The translations under genes and the position numbers were made by a program. A DNA stretch of 64,000 nucleotides from an uncultured Deinococcaceae bacterium. Its GTDB lineage: Bacteria; Deinococcota; Deinococci; Deinococcales; Deinococcaceae. Shown in pieces: positions 1 to 9,469 of this stretch (position 1 is the first letter of the stretch; every line of letters starts with the position of its first letter). The notes under the pieces are model-generated. The model ran no database searches, had not been told where the DNA came from, and worked only from the letters and a program-made list of their open reading frames with translations. The stretch lies in contig CAXULY010000019.1 in NCBI GenBank assembly GCA_964252075.1, forward strand, positions 30,221-94,220, given 5' to 3'.

Positions 1-549
1 CAGGTCGTACGCGAACAGGATGCTGGCGTCCGACGCGTTCATCACGTGCACGCCCGTGAGGGCGTGCAGCACGTACCCGGTGGTGGTGAGGCTCACCACG
101 GCCCGGTCGAGGACCTCCGGTTCGTGCTGCGCGAGCCACAGCAGGACCGGTTCGGCGTTGTACGGCCCGGGCGCCTTCCCGCCGCGCCACTCGATCGCCG
201 GGCCGTGGCGGCGGCGCAGGTCCTCGGCCTGCCGGGTGCTGCGGCTGTCCATGCCGACGATGGCGGGCCGCAGCACCTCCCCGCCGGCGCCCAGCAGCGT
301 CACCGCGCAGCCCTGCCCGCTCACGCCGATGCCCGCGACGCGCACCTTCCCGGCGTCCTGGAGGGCGCCGCGCACCGCGCGGCCGCAGGCGTCCCACCAG
401 TCTTCGGGCGCCTGCTCCACCCAGCCCAGGCGGGGGTAGCGGGTGGGGTACGCGGCCTCCCGGGTGGCCAGGATCACGCCCTGTGGGGTCATCAGGGCGG
501 CTTTGGCGCTGGAGGTGCCGACGTCCACGCCCAGAAGCACTTCCGTCAC
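1..549 (-). CDS. FGGY-family carbohydrate kinase (xylulokinase-like), runs off the window edge
   Basis: Manual minus-strand translation from GTG 549: MTEVLLGVDVGTSSAKAAL...PRLGWVEQAPEDWWDAC, the FGGY N-terminal motifs GxDxGTSS and GWVEQ. Confidence 0.9.
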   Translation of the reverse strand, partial: MTEVLLGVDVGTSSAKAALMTPQGVILATREAAYPTRYPRLGWVEQAPEDWWDACGRAVRGALQDAGKVRVAGIGVSGQGCAVTLLGAGGEVLRPAIVGMDSRSTRQAEDLRRRHGPAIEWRGGKAPGPYNAEPVLLWLAQHEPEVLDRAVVSLTTTGYVLHALTGVHVMNASDASILFAYDL

Positions 550-573
550 AGCGCGGCCCACCTTCGCGTGCCC

Positions 574-2757
574 CTACGCATGCGCTGCTCGGCCGGGCGC
601 GTCGGCCAGCGCCTCGTACACCTCCGGGCCGAGCGCTTCCAGCGCGAGGATGCCTTCCAGGCCGCTCGCCGCCACCCACGGCAGCCAGTGGCGGTGCTGG
701 CCGCGCCCGCGGGGCGGCGCGAAACTCCAGTGCTCCTGCTGCCAGCCCGGCCCGATGAGGTCGAAGGGGCGGTCGGGGAGGGCGACCATGGTTTTGGTGT
801 TGTGCAGCAGCAGCCGCGCGACGTCCAGGTAGTGCGCGTCGTGCGTGAGCTGCCCCAGCCGCGCGTAGTTCGCGACGTCCCAGGCCATGTAGGCGTCGGT
901 GAGGGAGTGGCCGGTGGCGATGAGTTGCGTGCCGACGGTGGTCACGCCCGGCTTCCAGTGCAGCGCCCGCTCGTCCTCGTCGGCGGGCATGGGGACGTTC
1001 CACAGGTAAATCCAGGTTTCCGCGAAGTCCGCGGCGTCTTTCGCGCGCGTCAGCCAGCGCGTGTCACCGGTGGCGTCGAACAGCGCCAGGTGCGCTTCCA
1101 GCGTGAGGGTCGCGGCTTCCTTGTCCAGCACGTTGGCGTTGTCGAGGGTGCCGCCCGCGAAGTGCCCGCGGCTGCCGGCGAGCGCCCAGCACAGTTCCGC
1201 CGCGCGCAGCGCCGCGGCGCGGTACGCGCCGTCGCCGGTGGCGCGCGTGAGGTCCAGGAAGAACGGCACGATCGCAGAACTGGAGCGCGGGTCGGCGTTC
1301 ACCACCTCAGCGGTGCCGTCCCGCCAGGAGCGGGGGAAGCCGCCGTTCGGCTGTTCCTGCGTGAGGAGCCACCGCGCGAGGTCCACGCACCACGCCAGCC
1401 AGCGTGGGTGCTCGCGCTCCCGCGCGCGTTCCTGCTCGTGCGCGCGCAGCATCCACTTGCCGCCCTCCGCCAGGGCGCGCAGGTAAAAATCCGGGCGGAC
1501 GCCGCTGGTGAGGGTGCCGTCCCGCAGGTTCACGCCCTCCCCGCGCGGCGGGGAGACCGGCAGGCGGGCGAAGGTGTCCAGCACCGCGGTGCCCGCGCGG
1601 CGGCGCCGTTCCGCGGCGTCCCCGGACTGGTCGCGGCTCTCCCGCAGCAGGAGTTCGCCCGTCTCGATGGCGCGGCCGGTGAAGCCCATCATGGCGATGT
1701 GGCTGTGCGCGCCGTGCGGGCCGCCCTCCACGACGTCCATCACGTGCAGGGGCGCGCTGCGGTCCTCGATGGTCACCAGGGACGCTTCCAGGGCGTCGGC
1801 GAGGACCGCGCGGACCACGCGGACGTCGTGCGGTTCCACCTGGGGGTTCAAAGTGTCCCACGCCCAGCGCCAGGTGGCGCGCCGGTAGTCCTGGTCGCGT
1901 TCACCGGCCGCGAAGCGCAGCGCGAGGACGTACCGCTGCTCGAACCCGTCGCGCAGCGGGTGGTACCGGCCCCGCCAGCGGCGAAGGGCGTTCTGCCCGA
2001 ACTGCCCGTTCTCGAAGGGGGTGTCCGCCAGGTACGTGACTTCCCCCTCGGTGCCCGGGTGGTACAGGCCCACGCTCAGGTGCCCGCCCTGCTCCTCGCC
2101 GCCCAGCGCCGCGAAGGTGAAGCGGTCATCCACCAGGGGCGTGCCTTCCCGGTCCTGGCTGTCCGCGCGGGTGGTGTCGCCGCGCGGCTGGGGGTTCAGG
2201 ACGCTGAGGGAAGCGCCGTCGCGCAGGGACACGCCGAACAGCGGTGCGGGCAGGCGGTCCTCGCGGATGCGCACGGCGCGCGCGCCCTCCAGGTAGTGCC
2301 GCACCCCCCCGATGGCCTGCGGGGCGACGGCTTCCGTCCAGCCGTACAGCATGCCGGGCGCGAAGCTGTCCACGTCCGGCCAGCCGCGCGGCTCCGCGAG
2401 GGTCAACGTGAAGGCCGTGAGGAAGCCACCGGGCGCGTCGCCCTGCACCTGAACGGTCCGCGCGAGGTGCAGGGCGCCCGCCTGCACACGCCACTCGTCT
2501 TTGGCGTGCAGCGTGACGCCGCCACCGACGTCCAGGTGGGCGTCACCCGTCCATCCGCCGTCCGTCACTTGGAGGTCCTGGTACGCCGCCTGGTGGGCGC
2601 GCACCCCTTCGGGCGTCCACACCTCCGCGCTCAGAGGGTGGGGTTGCGTGGCGGTGTGCCCCGCCCAGCGCACGTGGAGGCCCCAGCCGGAGGGACCGCG
2701 GGTGGCTCGGCAAGAGGCCGCGCCGACAGCGAGTTCAGCGTCGTGGGTGGTGGTCAT
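574..2757 (-). CDS. Large cytoplasmic glycosidase-like protein, probably with an (alpha/alpha) barrel C-terminus; family unassigned
   Basis: 727 aa from ATG 2757 (ATGA overlap with upstream gene). Helical repeat-like motifs (LTQEQPNGGFP, TGDGAYRAAALRAA, TGDTRWLTRA, GGTLDNANVLDKEA). Lies in a sugar operon. Confidence 0.65.
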   Translation of the reverse strand: MTTTHDAELAVGAASCRATRGPSGWGLHVRWAGHTATQPHPLSAEVWTPEGVRAHQAAYQDLQVTDGGWTGDAHLDVGGGVTLHAKDEWRVQAGALHLARTVQVQGDAPGGFLTAFTLTLAEPRGWPDVDSFAPGMLYGWTEAVAPQAIGGVRHYLEGARAVRIREDRLPAPLFGVSLRDGASLSVLNPQPRGDTTRADSQDREGTPLVDDRFTFAALGGEEQGGHLSVGLYHPGTEGEVTYLADTPFENGQFGQNALRRWRGRYHPLRDGFEQRYVLALRFAAGERDQDYRRATWRWAWDTLNPQVEPHDVRVVRAVLADALEASLVTIEDRSAPLHVMDVVEGGPHGAHSHIAMMGFTGRAIETGELLLRESRDQSGDAAERRRRAGTAVLDTFARLPVSPPRGEGVNLRDGTLTSGVRPDFYLRALAEGGKWMLRAHEQERAREREHPRWLAWCVDLARWLLTQEQPNGGFPRSWRDGTAEVVNADPRSSSAIVPFFLDLTRATGDGAYRAAALRAAELCWALAGSRGHFAGGTLDNANVLDKEAATLTLEAHLALFDATGDTRWLTRAKDAADFAETWIYLWNVPMPADEDERALHWKPGVTTVGTQLIATGHSLTDAYMAWDVANYARLGQLTHDAHYLDVARLLLHNTKTMVALPDRPFDLIGPGWQQEHWSFAPPRGRGQHRHWLPWVAASGLEGILALEALGPEVYEALADAPGRAAHA

Positions 2758-3893
2758 TGGGTCTCCTGGGCCGCGTGCGGCCCGGTCGGGGAAGGGACGG
2801 TCGTGCCGGGCGGGCGGCGCGGGGCGCCCTCGAGGTCCTCGGTGCTGGTGAGCGCGGTGAGTTCCAGGTCGTAGGCGCGCCCTTCCTGAGGGGCGAGGGT
2901 GATGAGTTCGCCGCGCGTGCGGGCGTCGTGCCGGCCCTCCACGCGGTTGGTGCTCGGCTCCAGCGCCACGACGTACTCCCCTTCCGCCAGTTGCTGCCAC
3001 ATGAAGGGGTGGGGGAGCTGGTCGGGGCGGTGGCGCACGCTCACCCCGATGTGCCGGCGGCGGTTCAGGATGCTGGCGGTGACCCAGCCGTCGGCGTCCG
3101 CTTCGGGGGTGTAGGCGTACACGCGCTCCACGGCGCCCCCGGTGGGCGCGGCCAGAGCGGGCCAGGCGTCCGGTGGCGCGTCCCCCACGGCGCGCACCAC
3201 GCCGGGCAGGTGGACGGCGCTGCCCTCGTCCACCACCGGGAAGCCGAAGTTCATGTGGTACAGGAGCATGTGCGGGGTGGGGCGCCACCCGACGTTCGTG
3301 ACGGTGTCGTGCAGGCGCAGGGTCTGCGCGCCGAGGCGCGTTTCGATGCGGCGGTGCAAGACGAGTTTCTCCCCGTACATCGCGGCCTGCGTGACTTCCC
3401 CTTCAGCCCACAGGGTGCAGCCGTGATCGTCCCAGCGTTCGCCGTACCCGATGAGGCGCGCGGGCAGGTTCGAGACGCGGCCGTGCAGGCCGTACCTGAC
3501 GGTGGGTTGCGGGGGGTAGGCGTAGGGCGCGGCGGTGTCCTCGGTGGGGAAGAGGGTGTGGTCCAGGCCGCCGGTGACGAGCAGCCCGCCCGCGAAGCCC
3601 CGCAGGAATCCAAGGCCGTCCGGTTCGGCGTACCACGGGCCGCGCACGCCCTGCGCGCCGTGCCAGCTCAGCGGCACGCCGCGCAGGTCCGCACGGCCCA
3701 GGTCGAAGGCGCGGTCCACCAGCACCTCGAAGGTGAAGCCGCTGCCCGTCCGGAACTCCAGGACGCGCACGCCGCGCGCGCCGCCATCGGCGAGGGTCAC
3801 GAGGCGCACGCCCGCGAACTGTTCCAGGTGCCCGGCGCGGCGGCGCAACTCCGGCACGCTCAGGTCCGCCCCCCACCACGCACGGGCGGTCAT
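2754..3893 (-). CDS. DUF4432 / aldose 1-epimerase-like protein
   Basis: Motifs DRAFDLG, FLRGFAGGLLVTGGL, LHGRVSN, LYHMNFGFP, VALEPST. Start uncertain (3893 or 3920). Confidence 0.85.
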   Translation of the reverse strand: MTARAWWGADLSVPELRRRAGHLEQFAGVRLVTLADGGARGVRVLEFRTGSGFTFEVLVDRAFDLGRADLRGVPLSWHGAQGVRGPWYAEPDGLGFLRGFAGGLLVTGGLDHTLFPTEDTAAPYAYPPQPTVRYGLHGRVSNLPARLIGYGERWDDHGCTLWAEGEVTQAAMYGEKLVLHRRIETRLGAQTLRLHDTVTNVGWRPTPHMLLYHMNFGFPVVDEGSAVHLPGVVRAVGDAPPDAWPALAAPTGGAVERVYAYTPEADADGWVTASILNRRRHIGVSVRHRPDQLPHPFMWQQLAEGEYVVALEPSTNRVEGRHDARTRGELITLAPQEGRAYDLELTALTSTEDLEGAPRRPPGTTVPSPTGPHAAQETQ

Positions 3894-4124
3894 TCCGGGC
3901 GGGTCAGGCGTGCCGGCCATCCAGAACTCCGCGAGGGGCCCCTGGGCATCCGGGTTGGCGCGTGCCGGGGCGCGGCGGGAAGGGTGAAGGTTGGTCTCGC
4001 TGGAACACGGGGGGCCTCCGAAATGGGCGCGGCGGACGCGAGGCTCGGCCGTGCGGATGCCGCGGGGCCAGGCGCGTGCCACCGGTGGTGGGGGAGCGAC
4101 CGTTGACGTAAGAAGAGCGCCCTT

Positions 4125-4160
4125 ACCCTAACACCCTTGAAAAGCGGCAATCTTCCGGCA
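4125..4160 (-). promoter_or_regulatory. Leftward promoter: TGCCGGAAGATT motif with extended -10 (TGT-TAGGGT)
   Basis: The 12-mer at 4149-4160 (minus strand) is identical to 5132-5143 (plus strand) and lies 18 bp upstream of TAGGGT (4125-4130). Confidence 0.6.
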
Positions 4161-4221
4161 CTCACCCTTGTTCTTTCCAGTATGCTCAGGTCCGATCAAC
4201 CGTTGACCTTCAGGAGGACCG

Positions 4222-5106
4222 ATGCCCCGAACCGCTCACCCATCACCCCGCGGCGCCGTTTCGCACAAGCACCTTCCCCATGAGGGAGAGGAGCGCTTCG
4301 GGCTGGACTGTTGGAGTGGCGTGCCGTACCTGATGCGCGCCGCCCACTGGCACGACGAAATCGAACTGAACCTCGTCGAGCGGGGCGCCATCACCTACCT
4401 GGCGGGCGGCAGCGTGACCACCGTGACCGCCGGGCAGCTCGCGGTGTTCTGGGGGGCCATGCCGCACCGGGTGGTGGAGATGGATGGCGCCACCCGCCTG
4501 TCCTGGCTGACCTTGCCGCTGGCGTCCTTCCTGGCGTGGGAATTGCCGCCCTCCCTGCGCAGCCCCCTCTTGCACGGGCGGTTCGTCCGCACGAGTGGGC
4601 GGCGGGTCGGCGCGAACGCCGAGGGGTTCCGCCGCTGGGCGCGCGACCTGGCCGCGCCCGGCGGGGCGCGCGTGGTGCTGCTGGAAGTGGAAGCGCAGTT
4701 TCAGCGGTTGGCGCGCAGCCCGGTGGGCGTGTCGGCGCCCGCGGCGGTCACCGGGTTGGGCCACGCGGAGCGCATGTGCGCGTTCATCGCCGAGCATTAC
4801 GCCCAACCCCTGAGCATCGCGCAGATCGCCGAGGCGATGAACCTCAACCCCAACTACGCGATGGGCGTGTTCCGCGCCGCGTTCGGCCGCACCCTGCTGA
4901 GTTACCTCACGCAGTATCGCGTGGCGCACGCCCAGCGCCTGCTCGTCACCACCGACATGGCGATTCTGGACATCGCCTCCGAGTGCGGGTTCGGGTCCCT
5001 CAGCCGCTTCTACGAAGCGTTTGCCGCGAGCTCCGGCTTGTCCCCGCGGGCCTTCCGGGTGCGCATGGCGGACCCGGTGCTCCGCGACGCGAGCGGCCAC
5101 ACCTGA
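4222..5106 (+). CDS. AraC-family transcriptional activator (MelR-like)
   Basis: Cupin motif HWHDEIELN; C-terminal double HTH (IAQIAEAMNLNPNY...ILDIASECGFGSLSRFYEAF); RBS AGGAGG. Confidence 0.95.
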   Translation: MPRTAHPSPRGAVSHKHLPHEGEERFGLDCWSGVPYLMRAAHWHDEIELNLVERGAITYLAGGSVTTVTAGQLAVFWGAMPHRVVEMDGATRLSWLTLPLASFLAWELPPSLRSPLLHGRFVRTSGRRVGANAEGFRRWARDLAAPGGARVVLLEVEAQFQRLARSPVGVSAPAAVTGLGHAERMCAFIAEHYAQPLSIAQIAEAMNLNPNYAMGVFRAAFGRTLLSYLTQYRVAHAQRLLVTTDMAILDIASECGFGSLSRFYEAFAASSGLSPRAFRVRMADPVLRDASGHT

Positions 5107-5131
5107 GGATTCGGGAAAAAGCGTCTGTTCC

Positions 5132-5166
5132 TGCCGGAAGATTCGGGCATCGCGGTGTGTTACGGT
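5132..5166 (+). promoter_or_regulatory. ABC operon promoter: TGCCGGAAGATT motif with extended -10 (TGT-TACGGT)
   Basis: Motif at 5132-5143, 17 bp upstream of TACGGT (5161-5166); GATTCGGG also occurs twice nearby. Confidence 0.6.
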
Positions 5167-5282
5167 GTCCGCAACATCACAGTTGTGCCGCCATCACGTC
5201 CGCGCCCTGATGGCGCGGTGACGCGATCCGATGATCACGTGCGCCGCGCGACGGTCGCCCACGCCTCACCCAGGAGGACCTT

Positions 5283-7268
5283 ATGAGCCGACCACTTCGC
5301 TCCCCGCTCGCCCTCGCGGCCTTGTCCGTGGCCCTGCTGCTCGGGCCGGCCACCGCCCAGCAGGACACCGCCGCGCCGGCCGCCAAAAAACCCAACTGGG
5401 GCTGGGCGACCGTCGCCCAGTATCAGGCCGCGACGGGGAAACGCCTCGCGGCCTTCAAGGAGTCGCCGTCGCTGGCCGCGCAGGTGAAGGCCGGGAAGCT
5501 TCCCCCGCTGGCGCAACGCCTGCCGGCCGAACCGCTGGTGGACAACCCTTTCGAGGCGGTCGGGCGGTTCGGGGGCTCCCTGACCCTCGCGCAGGTGTCC
5601 GACACCGTCGCGTACCCCGCGGCGAACTTCACGACCTTCGAACCGCTGTTCAGCCTCGCGCGCGACGGGCAGACCGTCGTGCCGAACATCGCCAAAGGTT
5701 ACCGCTTCAGCAACGGGGACAAAACCCTCACCATCTCGTTGCGCAAGGGCATGAAGTGGAGTGACGGCGCGCCCTTCACCGCCGACGACATCACCTTCTA
5801 CTGGAACGACGTGATCCTGAACCCCGAGCTGACGCCGAGCGTGCCCGCGCAGTTCGCGCCGGGCGGCACGCCCATGCAGGTCAAGAAGGTCGACGGTTAC
5901 ACGGTGCAGTTCACGTTCGCGGTGCCGTACGCCGCGATCCTCCCGAACCTCGCGGGCGTGGTGTTCCGCGGCTGCCAGGGGGACATCTTCGAAGCGGCGC
6001 ACTACATGCGCCAGTTCCTGCCGAAATACAACAAGAACGTCGCCGCGGACGCGAAGAAGGCGGGCTTTCAGACGTGGGTGCAGCTGTTCAACGCGCGGCG
6101 TTACCAGTGGTTCCGCCTCACGCCGGGCGTCCCCACCGTCGGCCCGTGGATGGTCGCGCAGAAAACGCAGCAGGGGACCGTCTACACCCGCAACCCCTAC
6201 TACTTCAAGGTCGACACCGCCGGCAATCAATTGCCCTACATCGACCGGGTGGTCGCCACCAACTTCACGGACACCAAGACCCTCGCCGTGAAAATGACCG
6301 CCGGGGAGTACGACTACCAGGACTGGGGCACCTCCATCGATGATTACCCCGCCTTCGCGAGCGGCGCGCAGAAAGGCCACTACAAAACCTTCCTCGCGCC
6401 CAGCCTGTGGACGTCCGTCGCGGCGTACTCGGTGAACCAGAACTTCACCGGCGACACAGCGACCGCCGCGGTGCTGCGCGACGTGCGCTTCCGGCAGGCG
6501 CTGTCGCTGGCGCTGAACCGCAGCGAGATCAACGACGTGATCGCCCTCGGCAAAGGCCAGCCCTTCCAGGCGACCGTCAGCCCCAGCGCCAGCGTGTTCA
6601 AACCCGCGTGGGGCGGCGCGTACATCAAGTACGACGTGAACGCCGCGAACCAGCTGCTTGACGCCGTGGGCATGAGCAAGAAAGACGGCGAAGGGTACCG
6701 CCTGCGGCCGGACGGGAAACCCTTTACGCTGATCATCTCGAACGTCGCGGACGCCGTGCCCGCCAAGATGGCGGAGCTGGTGAGCGGGTACTGGCAGAAA
6801 GTCGGCATCCGCACGAACATCAAGGACACTGAACGCACCTTGATGCAGCAGCAGTTCACCTCCGGGGCGTACATGGTGTCGGGCTGGGCGGCCGACAGTT
6901 TCTCCGAGCAGTCCATCCTGGTGGGCGCCAACGGGTACCTCAGCGGGTACCAATGGGCGCCGCAGTGGCAGGCGTGGTTCAACAGCAAGGGCAAGCAGGG
7001 CCAGGAGCCACCGGCAAACGTCAAGAAGCTGTTCACCGTGTACGCGAACCTCCCCATCACCCCGCAGGCGCAGCAGAAAGCCGCGCTGACGGACCTCATG
7101 AACCTGTGGGGGCAGGGCCTGTACCGCATCGGCACGATCGGCCAGGTGCCCAAGCCGGGCATCGTGCGCACCACCCTCGGGAACGTCGATACGAACACCT
7201 ACACCGACAACGCGGACGTCGGCATCGGCTTTTACAACCGCCAGTACCAGTTCTACTGGAAGCAGTGA
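5283..7268 (+). CDS. ABC transporter substrate-binding protein, family 5 (Opp/Dpp type, probably oligosaccharide-binding)
   Basis: Signal peptide; GKLPPLAQRLP, LRKGMKWSDGAPFTADD, RNPYYFKVDTAGNQLPYID. Confidence 0.95.
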   Translation: MSRPLRSPLALAALSVALLLGPATAQQDTAAPAAKKPNWGWATVAQYQAATGKRLAAFKESPSLAAQVKAGKLPPLAQRLPAEPLVDNPFEAVGRFGGSLTLAQVSDTVAYPAANFTTFEPLFSLARDGQTVVPNIAKGYRFSNGDKTLTISLRKGMKWSDGAPFTADDITFYWNDVILNPELTPSVPAQFAPGGTPMQVKKVDGYTVQFTFAVPYAAILPNLAGVVFRGCQGDIFEAAHYMRQFLPKYNKNVAADAKKAGFQTWVQLFNARRYQWFRLTPGVPTVGPWMVAQKTQQGTVYTRNPYYFKVDTAGNQLPYIDRVVATNFTDTKTLAVKMTAGEYDYQDWGTSIDDYPAFASGAQKGHYKTFLAPSLWTSVAAYSVNQNFTGDTATAAVLRDVRFRQALSLALNRSEINDVIALGKGQPFQATVSPSASVFKPAWGGAYIKYDVNAANQLLDAVGMSKKDGEGYRLRPDGKPFTLIISNVADAVPAKMAELVSGYWQKVGIRTNIKDTERTLMQQQFTSGAYMVSGWAADSFSEQSILVGANGYLSGYQWAPQWQAWFNSKGKQGQEPPANVKKLFTVYANLPITPQAQQKAALTDLMNLWGQGLYRIGTIGQVPKPGIVRTTLGNVDTNTYTDNADVGIGFYNRQYQFYWKQ

Positions 7269-7320
7269 GGGGGCGCCCCTTGAGCAACACACCCCCCGAT
7301 GACCTCCGGGCGGACCGCGC

Positions 7321-8307
7321 GTGACGCGCTATCTGCTGCGGCGCCTCGCGTATGGCGTGCTGCTGCTGCTGGTCATCTCCGTCGTGGCGTTCGTCATCAT
7401 CCAGCTGCCCCCCGGCGACTGGCTCACCAGTTACGTCGCGCAGCTCCGCACGCAGGGCGCGGACATCAACCAGAGCATCATCGACGGTCTCAAACAGCAG
7501 TACGGCCTGGGGGAGCCCCTCACCGTGCAGTACCTCAAGTGGATGGCGGGCATCCTCCACGGCAACTTCGGGTTTTCGTTCTCCTACAACCAGCCCGTCA
7601 CGCAACTGGTGCTGGAGCGCCTGCCCGTCACGCTGCTGATCTCCGGGATGGCGATCGTGGTGACGTACGCCCTGGCCATTCCGATCGGCATCGTGTCTGC
7701 CACCCGGCAGTACTCGGTGTGGGATTACCTCGCGACCTTCATCGGGTTCATCGGCCTGAGTGTGCCGAGCTTCCTGATCGCGCTGATCCTGATGTTCGCG
7801 GCGTACCGGTACTTCGGCCTCAGCGTCGGGGGCCTCACCTCCCCGCGGTACATCGGTGAGCCGCTCAGCTGGGCGAAGTTCTGGGACCTCGCCGCGCACC
7901 TGCCCCTGCCGATCCTGATCATCGCGCTGTCCGGCACCGCGCCCCTCATCCGCATTCTGCGCGGCTCACTGCTGGACGAACTGGAGAAACCGTACGTGGA
8001 CACCGCCCGCGCCAAGGGCCTCCAGGAACGCCAGGTGCTGCTGAAATACCCGGTGCGGGTGGCGCTCAACCCCATCGTCAGCACCGCAGGCTGGTTGATC
8101 CCGGCGGTCTTCTCAGGACAGGTGATCGTGTCCATCGTGATGGGCATCCCCGACATGGGCCCCCTCCTGTACAACGCCCTGCTGCGCCAGGACACCTACC
8201 TCGCGGGGAGTGTGGTGCTGATCCTCTCCGCGCTCACCATCCTGGGCACGCTCCTGTCCGATGTGCTCCTCGCCGCCCTCGACCCCCGCATTCGGCTGGA
8301 GAAATGA
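7321..8307 (+). CDS. ABC permease (DppB/OppB type)
   Basis: Multiple TM segments; YVDTARAKGL EAA-loop; QLPPGD N-terminal motif. Confidence 0.95.
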   Translation: MTRYLLRRLAYGVLLLLVISVVAFVIIQLPPGDWLTSYVAQLRTQGADINQSIIDGLKQQYGLGEPLTVQYLKWMAGILHGNFGFSFSYNQPVTQLVLERLPVTLLISGMAIVVTYALAIPIGIVSATRQYSVWDYLATFIGFIGLSVPSFLIALILMFAAYRYFGLSVGGLTSPRYIGEPLSWAKFWDLAAHLPLPILIIALSGTAPLIRILRGSLLDELEKPYVDTARAKGLQERQVLLKYPVRVALNPIVSTAGWLIPAVFSGQVIVSIVMGIPDMGPLLYNALLRQDTYLAGSVVLILSALTILGTLLSDVLLAALDPRIRLEK

Positions 8308-8344
8308 TGCCCACGCCCCGTGAAGCCCCGAAGGCGGTGCCCGC

Positions 8345-9469
8345 ATGACCGGGCAGGTGATCCCGCCCGTGGAAGCGCCCCCCCTCACCCACGGGCAAGA
8401 CGACGTCGCCTCCCAACGTGAACTCATCTGGCGCAAGTTCAGGCGTCACCGCCTGGCGATGATCAGCCTGGTGCTGCTGGCGGTGGTGTACCTGACCGCC
8501 CTGGTGTCCGATTTCGTGGCGCCGTACAACGTGAACACCAAGTTCACCCGCTTCCTGAACGCCCCGCCGCAAGCGGTGCGGCTGTTCGGACCTGGGGGGG
8601 CGGGACCGCATGTCACCGGGTACGCCCGCACCAACGACCCGATCACGCTGGCGTTCATCTTCAAGCCGGACCCCAGCAAGCGCGTGCCGCTCGCCTTCCT
8701 CGTGCATGGCGATCCGTACCGCCTGCTGGGCGTCATTCCCAGCGACGTGCACCTGTTCGGCGTGCCGGAAGGGCAGCAGGTGTTCCTGTTCGGCACGGAC
8801 GCCCTGGGCCGGGACGTGTTCTCCCGCACCATCGGCGCCCTCAGGATCTCGTTGTTCGTGGGCCTGGTCGGCGTGGCCCTGTCGTTCATCCTGGGCGTGG
8901 TGCTGGGCGGCCTCAGCGGGTACTTCGGCGGGCTGACCGACCTGATCGTGCAGCGGGTGATCGAGTTTCTGCTGTCCATCCCGACCATCCCGTTGTGGCT
9001 CGCGCTGTCCGCGGCGCTGCCCCCCAACTGGTCATCGGTGTCGGTGTTCTTCGGCATCACCATCATCCTGTCCCTGATCGGCTGGAGCGGCATCGCGCGC
9101 GTCGTGCGCGGCAAGTTCTTGGAGCTGCGCGAGGAGAACTACGTGACCGCCGCCGTGCTGGCGGGCGCGACGCCGTGGTGGGTGATCACCCGGCACCTGA
9201 TCCCCGCCTTCTCGTCGTACCTGATCGTGCAGGTCACCCTGCTGATCCCCAGCTTCATCCTGGGGGAGACGGCGCTGAGCTTCCTGGGCCTGGGCATCCA
9301 GGCGCCGGCGGTGAGCCTCGGCACGCTCCTCCAGGACGCGCAGAACATCCGCAGTGTGGCGCTGTACCCCTGGCTGCTCATCCCCGCGGTGTTCGTGGTG
9401 CTGGTGGTGATGGCCTTCAACTTCGTAGGAGATGGACTTCGTGACGCAGCAGACCCTTACAAGCAGTGA
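8345..9469 (+). CDS. ABC permease (DppC/OppC type)
   Basis: FGTDALGRDVFSR, ETALSFLGLG, FNFVGDGLRDAADP. Confidence 0.95.
   Translation: MTGQVIPPVEAPPLTHGQDDVASQRELIWRKFRRHRLAMISLVLLAVVYLTALVSDFVAPYNVNTKFTRFLNAPPQAVRLFGPGGAGPHVTGYARTNDPITLAFIFKPDPSKRVPLAFLVHGDPYRLLGVIPSDVHLFGVPEGQQVFLFGTDALGRDVFSRTIGALRISLFVGLVGVALSFILGVVLGGLSGYFGGLTDLIVQRVIEFLLSIPTIPLWLALSAALPPNWSSVSVFFGITIILSLIGWSGIARVVRGKFLELREENYVTAAVLAGATPWWVITRHLIPAFSSYLIVQVTLLIPSFILGETALSFLGLGIQAPAVSLGTLLQDAQNIRSVALYPWLLIPAVFVVLVVMAFNFVGDGLRDAADPYKQ

Noticed and set aside
46..2874. 942-aa plus-strand ORF, and similar long antisense ORFs (5235-7292, 36222-38375, 44436-46397, 55764-59171)
   Set aside because: Shadow frames of real opposite-strand genes in high-GC DNA; no recognisable motifs.
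3905..4010. PLAEFWMAG resembling a phosphomannose isomerase motif, and a 34-codon ORF with a GGAGG RBS, in the leftward operon leader
   Set aside because: The match is too short to distinguish from chance.
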